37,876 nt of DNA from a virus. The stretch is from IMG/VR virus record IMGVR_UViG_3300047994_000092, positions 1-37,876 of that record. The stretch is one strand, 5' to 3'. This document shows, in pieces, positions 7,489 to 13,805 of this stretch. Position numbers and translations under genes: made by a program. The notes below the pieces were generated by a model that saw nothing but the letters and a program-made list of their open reading frames with translations, was not told where the DNA came from and searched no databases. The first letter of the stretch is position 1; every line of letters starts with the position of its first letter.

Positions 7489-7838
7489 GGCTGTCCCAGC
7501 AGCTTGTCTAAGGACGCCTGATAGCTGGCCTGGCAGTCGGCGCAGCGGCAGGCACATGCGCTGCCGTGGAACAGGCTCTCACGGGTCGGCATGGCCGGCC
7601 CTGGCCCCAACTGCGCCTCATAGCTCTGCACCATCCTGTCATCGTAGGGTGGCCAGGGCTGCGGCTTCACCGTGCCATCGGGCAAATGATCGTCGCGCTC
7701 AAAGGCCGCAAGGGCCGGATCCGGCTCGGGCTCCATGTTGATCATGCGGCCGATCTCGCGCAGGGTCACATCGTCGCGCAGGGCATCGGTCAGCGGGTCA
7801 GATCCGTGGACCGCCAGGCCCAGTAGATGGTCTCTCAT
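7485..7838 (-). CDS. Hypothetical 117-aa protein
   Basis: ORF in operon orientation with ATGA coupling downstream. Confidence 0.5.
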   Translation of the reverse strand: MRDHLLGLAVHGSDPLTDALRDDVTLREIGRMINMEPEPDPALAAFERDDHLPDGTVKPQPWPPYDDRMVQSYEAQLGPGPAMPTRESLFHGSACACRCADCQASYQASLDKLLGQP

Positions 7839-7855
7839 GGTGTTCTCCTTTGGGG

Positions 7856-8335
7856 TCAGGTGTTGCGGTCAGGGCGACCGCCATGGTTTTCAAAGGTCCA
7901 GGTGGCAGGGCCGCCGCCGATCACTTCAGGCTCACCCTTGGGCTGCAAGTCCTCGCCCATGCTCTGGATTGTCGGCGCCGGGATCACCACATCCTGCGGG
8001 GCCACCCAGCGCACGGCACGCATCACCGGCTGGATCGGGCCCTTGCATTCGTGCGTTTCGCCCTCCTGGTCATGCGACAGGATCAAGCCGATGCCGCCGA
8101 TCGGTGGATTGCCGCTGATGCTGAAAAAAGCCTGATCGGCCCAGGGCCGCAAAAGCGATTCATCGTCCACCCATAGATCGTGATTGCCGCCGATGTTCAC
8201 CGCCTGGATGGTGCCGCGCTCGCGGGCCTCTGGATCCTTGAACAGCGCGGCCATGATGATCTCGTAGCTGTCGGTGCCGGGGAGGTCGGCCCAGCTGATG
8301 GTCTTGGCGTAGGGGTCGATGATGATGGCCTTCAT
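7856..8335 (-). CDS. Hypothetical 159-aa protein
   Basis: ORF in operon orientation. 4-nt overlap with the upstream gene. Confidence 0.55.
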   Translation of the reverse strand: MKAIIIDPYAKTISWADLPGTDSYEIIMAALFKDPEARERGTIQAVNIGGNHDLWVDDESLLRPWADQAFFSISGNPPIGGIGLILSHDQEGETHECKGPIQPVMRAVRWVAPQDVVIPAPTIQSMGEDLQPKGEPEVIGGGPATWTFENHGGRPDRNT

Positions 8336-8526
8336 TCAGCGGACTCCTCACCAGAATCCACCAGAGCCTGAGTCAGCTTGTCGCGCACCAGGCGCACATA
8401 GGTGGGGTTCACATCGCGGGCCTTGATGGCTTGCGCAACCAGCAGGCAAAAAGCCTTGTCGGTCAGCGTGCCCATCACGATGCCCAGGCTCAGATAGAAG
8501 TTTGCATAGCGCTCGTTGTCGTTCAT
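8332..8526 (-). CDS. Hypothetical 64-aa protein
   Basis: ORF with 4-nt overlaps at both ends. Confidence 0.45.
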   Translation of the reverse strand: MNDNERYANFYLSLGIVMGTLTDKAFCLLVAQAIKARDVNPTYVRLVRDKLTQALVDSGEESAE

Positions 8527-9014
8527 GGCTTGGACTCCTTCAGTGCCTTGTTCTCAGCCACCAGCGCCGCCGCCACGCCGGCCAGGTCATGCCAGCTGTG
8601 ACGCGATAGCGGCTCTGGTGGGCCTTTGAGGGCGTTGGCGGTGTGTTCCAGGATGAAGGACAGCTGATCGCGCAGCTGGTCGGACTCCTGAAGCTCGGCC
8701 TTCAGCTTGTCGTTCTCATCCAGGGCCAACTGGAGATTGACCAGCATGGGGTCAGGTGGTGTCTCGATGGAGGCCAGGGCATCGGGCTTGACATCGCAGG
8801 CACCAATGAGCATGAACACCTGGGCATGCAAGGCCCGGCGCACAGCAGACTGCACCACAGGCAGCAGATCCTGCATCGTGGTCTGGCTGATGCCATCACC
8901 CTCCAGCAGTTCGATCAGCATGGAGTCAGGCATGCGAGCCTGCCGGTGGGCCAGCGTGATCCGCTTGATTGCCTCCTCGCGGATATGGTCTTGCAGGGGG
9001 TCAGTGCTTGCCAT
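8523..9014 (-). CDS. Hypothetical 163-aa protein; N-terminus (MASTDP) and start junction shared with the upstream paralogue family
   Basis: Start junction ATGGCAAGCACTGACCCC has the same 14-nt overlap architecture as the two junctions upstream. C-terminal half looks coiled-coil. Confidence 0.55.
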   Translation of the reverse strand: MASTDPLQDHIREEAIKRITLAHRQARMPDSMLIELLEGDGISQTTMQDLLPVVQSAVRRALHAQVFMLIGACDVKPDALASIETPPDPMLVNLQLALDENDKLKAELQESDQLRDQLSFILEHTANALKGPPEPLSRHSWHDLAGVAAALVAENKALKESKP

Positions 9015-9306
9015 GCTCGTCCTCCTTCACCTGCTGCATCAGCTGCTGCGTGGCGCGGCCCAGCATGCGCAGGTTCATGGTGGCGTCGGGGTTGGAGGAG
9101 GCCATCTCAAGAATGGCCTGGTCGCCCACCTTCTGCACCACCATCACCATCACCATCAGCTGCACATCGCCAGGCGGCCGGTTGGGGTCACTCTGCTCTG
9201 AGTCGTTGATGGCCATTTGCGTGAGCAGCTTGGCGCCGTCCAGCAGTGGCTTCATCTTCTCGCCCAGGCGGAAGCGCACCATGTACTCGGGGTCAGTGGT
9301 TGACAT
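9001..9306 (-). CDS. Small acidic protein, tandem paralogue 3 (101 aa)
   Basis: MSTTDPEYMVRFRLGEKM... Start junction ATGTCAACCACTGACCCC gives a 14-nt overlap with the upstream stop. Confidence 0.55.
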   Translation of the reverse strand: MSTTDPEYMVRFRLGEKMKPLLDGAKLLTQMAINDSEQSDPNRPPGDVQLMVMVMVVQKVGDQAILEMASSNPDATMNLRMLGRATQQLMQQVKEDEHGKH

Positions 9307-9565
9307 GGCCGGCCTCCTGCTCTGCGCCCTTCTTGGCGTTGGCCGTGGCCGTTTCCAGCAGCTTCAGAACCCCGGTGTTGTTCAGCGTGCTGATCATCTC
9401 GCACAGGCCATTCATGGGGCCATCGCTGACCTTCTGCTCCACGATCAGGAGCATGTGGAACTTGCGGCCACCGGTCATCTCCTTCAGCTGGTCATGCAGG
9501 GCCTTGCCGAGATCGTTCAAGTCGGCGCCCAGGGCGAACTGGTCATCAGGGTCAGGCGTGTTCAT
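9293..9565 (-). CDS. Small acidic protein, tandem paralogue 2 (90 aa from ATG 9565)
   Basis: AGGAGG lies 6 nt upstream of ATG 9565. Start junction ATGAACACGCCTGACCC gives a 14-nt overlap. Confidence 0.55.
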   Translation of the reverse strand: MNTPDPDDQFALGADLNDLGKALHDQLKEMTGGRKFHMLLIVEQKVSDGPMNGLCEMISTLNNTGVLKLLETATANAKKGAEQEAGHVNH

Positions 9566-9881
9566 CGTCGTCCTCCTCATCGTCGGGGATCTCGTTGACC
9601 AGGGAATCCATCAGCTTCACAGCTGCCTGGGCCAGCAGCTTGGCCGACTTCTGCCTGGGCATCGTGGCGGCTGTTTCCAAGCCATCCATCACGTGGATCT
9701 CGTTGCCCTCGATCTTGAGGGTCTTGCGGTGGCGCACCACCAGAACGATGCCCACATCCTGATCGGGGCACATGGCGTCAACCTCCTCATGCACGCGCTC
9801 GATGATCGGGCCCATGCGCTCGCCCAGTTTGAAGTCGTCGGGCACATCGGCGCCGGTGATTGCTTGCTCTTGCTCAGACAT
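9552..9881 (-). CDS. Small acidic protein, tandem paralogue 1 (109 aa, C-terminus EIPDDEEDDDEHA)
   Basis: Shares the layout PDDF.LG ... hydrophobic beta-like core ... LL..A...LM with the two downstream ORFs. Confidence 0.55.
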   Translation of the reverse strand: MSEQEQAITGADVPDDFKLGERMGPIIERVHEEVDAMCPDQDVGIVLVVRHRKTLKIEGNEIHVMDGLETAATMPRQKSAKLLAQAAVKLMDSLVNEIPDDEEDDDEHA

Positions 9882-9891
9882 AACTCTCTCC

Positions 9892-10344
9892 TTACGTGGT
9901 TGCCGTTTCGTCTTTGTTTTGGCCTAGCGCGGTGCGCCAGGCTTCTCTCTGAAAGATGGATAGACGCTCTCCACCTTGCTCTCTGCGCCGCAGCTTGCGT
10001 GCCCAATCCTTGGGGTCTTTGCCCACGGGCTTTTTGTTGGACAGCTGCGCGGCCAATTGTTGTACCCGATCTGGTGGTAGTTCCGGCCCGCTGATTGCCA
10101 CGTGCGCCGGCATGGGTTTGCGCCGGCAGATGGCACGGAACTGCAAGACATTCGGAGGGAAGTCGGGGTGCAGGTTCTGGAGGCCGTAGAGGATCGCCTG
10201 GCGGGATACCCCGGCAAGCTCATGGGCCCAATCGGATTCGATGGTTTCTGGCGGGGCGGTGCCATATTGGCCCATGAAGCGGGATCCGTAGGTGAGAAAC
10301 AGCTTGGCGAAAACCAGTTTCACCAGGTCGGGATGGAGGGGCAT
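9892..10344 (-). CDS. Hypothetical 150-aa protein in the replication module
   Basis: ORF with AGGA 6 nt upstream of the ATG. Follows the DUF1376 gene in the same operon. Confidence 0.55.
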   Translation of the reverse strand: MPLHPDLVKLVFAKLFLTYGSRFMGQYGTAPPETIESDWAHELAGVSRQAILYGLQNLHPDFPPNVLQFRAICRRKPMPAHVAISGPELPPDRVQQLAAQLSNKKPVGKDPKDWARKLRRREQGGERLSIFQREAWRTALGQNKDETATT

Positions 10345-10352
10345 ATTGAGTC

Positions 10353-10730
10353 CTAACGCAGAGCGTGATTCTCAAAAACTGAAGGTGGGCATTTGTGGTG
10401 GGGCCCTCCACATTCGCCTGGCCCCGGCCTGCCGATTGACCCGCCCCTACCCCTCCAAATGTTGGTGAGCACTGACTGACTTGCATGTTTGTGAACACTC
10501 ACACCCATCAGCAGCAGACCACCACCACAGCGCACCGAGCAAGCACACAGCTGCTGCTCCTCGATGCGATCGACGCGACAGCCAAGAGCCTGGCAGGCCG
10601 GGGAGGGGGTGCCGGGGGTGGCCAGGGTGAAGGGTCGAACGGTACAGGGTTCGGTACAGGGTAGCGAACTGCCCGCAAACCCGCATGGATCCTGGGGGTC
10701 GGCCTTCTGGTGGCAAAGGCGGGGGATCAT
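10353..10730 (-). CDS. Questionable Cys-rich 125-aa ORF filling the 382-bp gap (may be non-coding)
   Basis: For: ATGA overlap with the upstream stop and a perfect fit in the gap. Against: third-position GC falls in the second half, composition is odd (10 Cys), and it contains the tandem CGGTACAGGGT DNA repeats that also occur in other intergenic regions. Confidence 0.3.
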   Translation of the reverse strand: MIPRLCHQKADPQDPCGFAGSSLPCTEPCTVRPFTLATPGTPSPACQALGCRVDRIEEQQLCACSVRCGGGLLLMGVSVHKHASQSVLTNIWRGRGGSIGRPGPGECGGPHHKCPPSVFENHALR

Positions 10731-11689
10731 GGGGCCATGTCCAGGGTCAAAGGGTCGTCAGGGGTCCGAGGCTCTAAAACGGGCTGTGAGCGTTTGCGGA
10801 GGGCTTCAGGTACCCAGGCCCTACCCACCCCCTGATCGTCGCTCTGGTGCCCGTTTAGAGGCCTTGCTGGGCCCTTCTCAAACCGAGACTTGGCCACGGT
10901 CAGCGCATAAGCGAAGCCAGCGCCGCGCGCCACCGCCTCGGCTGCGGCCATACCCAGGTCTTGAGTGGTGACGCCAGCGCGCAGCAGATCGTGGAGCAGC
11001 GGGTGGCCAGGCGAAACGTCGCTGACGCCGAGCCGTTTCATCGCCTTGCAGGCCGCACCGGCTTGGTGCGGGTCGATGGTCTCCACGGCTAAGGGTTTGC
11101 CCTCGCTCGGCCCTATATCTTTTTCATTTTGGCTAATGGTGTTTGGTATATCCGTCACTGTTGCGTCATTACTGACGTCACCAATGACGTCACGAGTAAC
11201 GTCACGCTGATGGGTTTCCAGGCCGTTCCATAGCTTTCGGATATGTGATGCCGTGGCATTTGCTGGGATGAGTACCCCAGCAGCTGAGATATCACTACGC
11301 ATTAACCCTAATCTCTGGATATAACGCTTCTGCCTGATCGCAGCAGGCGTCACGCCCAAAGCGTCACCGTGACGGTCAAGCGTCACTTTCGCGTCACTGT
11401 GACGGTCTAGTGACGCTATGACCTCATCACACCGCTGGTTATGGAATCCATCGGCTTCAGCACGAAAATATCTATCGAGGATCTCGCGCACCGCAGCCCT
11501 CTCGGCGCTGGGGCGATCACCCTCGCCGTCGCACCTGGCCAGCTTGTAGATCCTGGGCATGGATAACGGCAGGGGCTTTTCGTTGATGTAGTACCAGTCC
11601 ACCAGGCGCCTGTAAGCACCCTCCTCAAGCATGCTGAGATCGCCACACTTCTTGGCCCAATCGCCCAGGTGATGCGGGTAGTAGTTCAT
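10727..11689 (-). CDS. DUF1376 (YdaU-like) replication-associated protein
   Basis: N-terminus MNYYPHHLGDWAKKCGDLSMLEEGAYRRLVDWYY is characteristic of DUF1376. ATGA overlap with the Cro-like gene. Confidence 0.75.
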   Translation of the reverse strand: MNYYPHHLGDWAKKCGDLSMLEEGAYRRLVDWYYINEKPLPLSMPRIYKLARCDGEGDRPSAERAAVREILDRYFRAEADGFHNQRCDEVIASLDRHSDAKVTLDRHGDALGVTPAAIRQKRYIQRLGLMRSDISAAGVLIPANATASHIRKLWNGLETHQRDVTRDVIGDVSNDATVTDIPNTISQNEKDIGPSEGKPLAVETIDPHQAGAACKAMKRLGVSDVSPGHPLLHDLLRAGVTTQDLGMAAAEAVARGAGFAYALTVAKSRFEKGPARPLNGHQSDDQGVGRAWVPEALRKRSQPVLEPRTPDDPLTLDMAP

Positions 11690-11913
11690 AGCTCCACCGC
11701 GTCCTGCTCCAGGGGATCCAGGAACATGCCCAGGCTCCTCATGGCCTCGGCACGCTGTCTGACCCTGTGAGCCAGGATGCGATCGGCAACCGCTTGGGGA
11801 ACTGGATCAGGCCACTGATGCACCGCTTGCCTGCTGATGCCCAGCGTGCGGGCCGCGTTGCTGATCGTGCCGCCCAGGAAATAGATGGCTGTCTGCTTCT
11901 TCATCGGCCGCAT
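11686..11913 (-). CDS. Cro/YdaS-like HTH regulator (start 11913 or 11904)
   Basis: KKQTAIYFLGGTISNAARTLGISRQAVHQWPD is a typical Cro/YdaS HTH. First gene of the leftward early operon, next to the operator repeats. Confidence 0.7.
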   Translation of the reverse strand: MRPMKKQTAIYFLGGTISNAARTLGISRQAVHQWPDPVPQAVADRILAHRVRQRAEAMRSLGMFLDPLEQDAVEL

Positions 11914-11953
11914 GCTGTGCCTGCTCAAGGCCACATGCAAGCATCATCGGCGG

Positions 11954-11967
11954 CACATATCAGCACA
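11954..11967. promoter_or_regulatory. Operator copy CACATATCAGCACA (inverted orientation)
   Basis: Exact reverse complement of the 14-mer found twice at 12059-12082. Lies 41 nt upstream of the Cro-like start. Confidence 0.6.
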
Positions 11968-12058
11968 TGCCTTCACACTTGACCCCACCACATTAACCGA
12001 GCGGTTCACTGTGCTATTCATCCTCACCATCAGCATGGCCTTCAGCTGTTACGTGTGG

Positions 12059-12082
12059 TGTGCTGATATGTGCTGATATGTG
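12059..12082. promoter_or_regulatory. Two overlapping tandem operator copies TGTGCTGATATGTG (10-bp register)
   Basis: Exact copies at 12059-12072 and 12069-12082. A related half-site GAGATATCAGTG lies at 12085-12096. Confidence 0.6.
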
Positions 12083-12154
12083 GAGAGATATCAGTGTTCA
12101 TCAGTGATGTGGAGCGGTTGCGTGTGGTGCGGATTCAGTGTCTCATCCGCTCCC

Positions 12155-12520
12155 ATGCAACGCGAACCCGACAACCTGATGCTGACCGGCCTGGAGCGCG
12201 AGGACCGCCGTTTGACACGTGCCGCAGCGCTGGAGGACCAGGCCGCGCTGATGCTCAAGAACGAGTTTCTGACCGCGCTGATGAACCCGCTGCTGCGGAT
12301 CTCCACACCAGGTTATGGGCCCACTGAGCAGACTCAAGCGCTGGTGGATGTTGTGATCGATCTCAGCCTGTTCAAGGGCCAGCTGTTGGCCGATCTGCTG
12401 CACGCTGCTGCGGCTTGTGATGACCCTGCTGTGCTGGCTGCGCTGCGCGAGTTCGCTGTGAGCCATTCCGAGAATCACGTGAGCCTGATGGCCGCAGAAG
12501 GAGCGTTCCGTGAAGACTGA
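12155..12520 (+). CDS. Hypothetical protein, first gene of the rightward early operon (start uncertain: 12080, 12107 or 12155)
   Basis: ORF 12080..12520. Its first 25 codons overlap the operator repeats. No HTH recognised and no clear SD at any candidate start. Confidence 0.45.
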   Translation: MQREPDNLMLTGLEREDRRLTRAAALEDQAALMLKNEFLTALMNPLLRISTPGYGPTEQTQALVDVVIDLSLFKGQLLADLLHAAAACDDPAVLAALREFAVSHSENHVSLMAAEGAFRED

Positions 12521-12631
12521 TCTGACCCCCTTGCTCCTGGCCACCGGGGCCATGGAGGGCCCATACAAGCGTCTGCGCCCTGTTCAGAGCCATTGGCTGC
12601 GCCGCCTGCTGCGCTGGGCCTGGAGGCACTG

Positions 12632-13459
12632 ATGCAACCCGGCATCTATCACGACATTGCCAATGACACCTATCACAAGGGGCCAGGCTTGTCTAACTCA
12701 GGGCTTCAGCGGTTCCGCAAGACACCGTTCCATTTTCATGCCTTGGCCCAGCCCCGTGATCTGCCGGCCAAGGAGCCCAGCCCACAGATGAAGAACGGCA
12801 CCCGCGTTCACTGCGCGCTGCTTGAGCCCGACCAGTTCGATCTGCGCTACCAGGTGGGCCCTGCGGTCGAGAGCAAGCGCGAGAAGGTCTGGAAGGAGTT
12901 TGCGGCCTACTGTGAGCGCATGGGCGTGGAGCCCATCACCAAGGTGGAATATGACGCAGCCATGGGCCAGGCGGCCAGCCTGGCGGCGCTGCCCGAGGTG
13001 GCCGAACTGCTGGGCTATGAGGGCTATGCAGAGTCCTCGGTCTACTGGATCGATCCCGCCACCGGCGTGCTGTGCAAGTGCCGCCCTGATCGCCTGTGCA
13101 TGGTGGCCCATGGCAAGGCCACCATCCTGCTGGATGTGAAGACCACCGGCGATGCCACAGATAACGAATTCAGCAAGTCCATTGCCAATTACGGCTATCA
13201 CCATCAAGCAGCCTGGTACTGCGGCGGTGTCAGCCAGGCGCTGGGCATGCCATGCCACGGCATGCTGTTCGGCGTGGTCGAGTCCGAGTATCCGTATGCG
13301 GCCAGGCCGGTGATGCTTACCGATTCTGCGCTGACCCGTGGGCGTGATGAAAACACCATTGCACTGAAGCGTTATGCCGAGTGTGAATCCAGCGGCATCT
13401 GGCCAGGGTTTCCAGCCGGCATCGCGGTTCTCGATCTGCCCCATTGGGCTTACAGGTGA
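12632..13459 (+). CDS. PD-(D/E)XK (RecB/Cas4-like, exonuclease VIII-type) recombination exonuclease
   Basis: GGAGG lies 5 nt upstream of ATG 12632. Motifs MQPGIYHDI..DTYH, ILLDVKTTGD and YGYHHQAAWY are typical of this family. Partnered with recT. Confidence 0.8.
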   Translation: MQPGIYHDIANDTYHKGPGLSNSGLQRFRKTPFHFHALAQPRDLPAKEPSPQMKNGTRVHCALLEPDQFDLRYQVGPAVESKREKVWKEFAAYCERMGVEPITKVEYDAAMGQAASLAALPEVAELLGYEGYAESSVYWIDPATGVLCKCRPDRLCMVAHGKATILLDVKTTGDATDNEFSKSIANYGYHHQAAWYCGGVSQALGMPCHGMLFGVVESEYPYAARPVMLTDSALTRGRDENTIALKRYAECESSGIWPGFPAGIAVLDLPHWAYR

Positions 13460-13467
13460 TGTGCATA

Positions 13468-13602
13468 GGCCAGGTTCGGTGCGGTTGGGTCAGGCTCGGT
13501 TAGCCCCGGCGGGGTTTGGTGTGGTTTGGTAAGGCATGGCTAGGCGCGGTTGGGTTCGGTAGGGCCTGGCTGGGCAGGATGTGGTTAGGCAGGGTCAGGT
13601 TT
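13468..13602 (+). repeat. Pentamer-phased GGYNN array, block A (27 slots, 25 GGY)
   Basis: Hand alignment: ggcca ggttc ggtgc ggttg ggtca ggctc ggtta gcccc ggcgg ggttt ggtgt ggttt ggtaa ggcat ggcta ggcgc ggttg ggttc ggtag ggcct ggctg ggcag gatgt ggtta ggcag ggtca ggttt. Confidence 0.9.
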
Positions 13603-13621
13603 TGCTATGTGTGCCATAGCA
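13603..13621 (+). other. Hairpin/palindrome TGCTATG-tgtgc-CATAGCA separating the two pentamer blocks
   Basis: 7-bp perfect inverted repeat with a 5-nt loop, read directly. Confidence 0.8.
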
Positions 13622-13635
13622 CAACGTGATTCTGT

Positions 13636-13785
13636 GGTAAGGCCAGGTGAGGTTTGCTGTGGTTGGGCCTGCTCTGGTTTGGTGAGGTCTGGCCGGCTAA
13701 TGCGTGGCGCGGTGCGGCAGGCTATGGAGCGGCGATGTTCGGTGTGCAAGGGCCAGGTGCGGCATGCAGCGGTTAGGCATGGTTT
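13636..13785 (+). repeat. Pentamer-phased GGYNN array, block B (30 slots, 22 GG, 28 starting with G), register shifted by 3 nt relative to block A
   Basis: Hand alignment: ggtaa ggcca ggtga ggttt gctgt ggttg ggcct gctct ggttt ggtga ggtct ggccg gctaa tgcgt ggcgc ggtgc ggcag gctat ggagc ggcga tgttc ggtgt gcaag ggcca ggtgc ggcat gcagc ggtta ggcat ggttt. Confidence 0.85.
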
Positions 13786-13805
13786 CTTTAATCAACGAGG
13801 TCAAC

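Noticed and set aside
11941-12080. Explicit -35/-10 promoter calls for the divergent early promoters
   Set aside because: Only weak hexamer matches are present (for example TTCAGC-18-GATATG). The operators are clear but the promoter positions are not supportable by eye.
12111-12135. Short GG-phased pentamer runs elsewhere: ggagc ggttg cgtgt ggtgc ggatt here, (TGTGG)3 on the minus strand at 19663-19677, and tgg-phased 19802-19816
   Set aside because: These have only 3-5 slots each. In GC-rich DNA that is not distinguishable from chance without statistics, so they are not claimed as part of the same system.
12552-12632. 26-aa Arg-rich mini-ORF (MEGPYKRLRPVQSHWLRRLLRWAWRH) with its stop overlapping the exonuclease ATG as TGATG
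   Set aside because: The coupling geometry is suggestive. However, it is too short, has no SD, and I cannot check conservation, so it is not called as a gene.
13468-13785. Possibility that the repeat region is a CRISPR array or a set of replication iterons
   Set aside because: There is no repeat-spacer organisation and no unit of 20 bp or more is reiterated. The signal is a degenerate 5-nt phase, not copies of a longer word.
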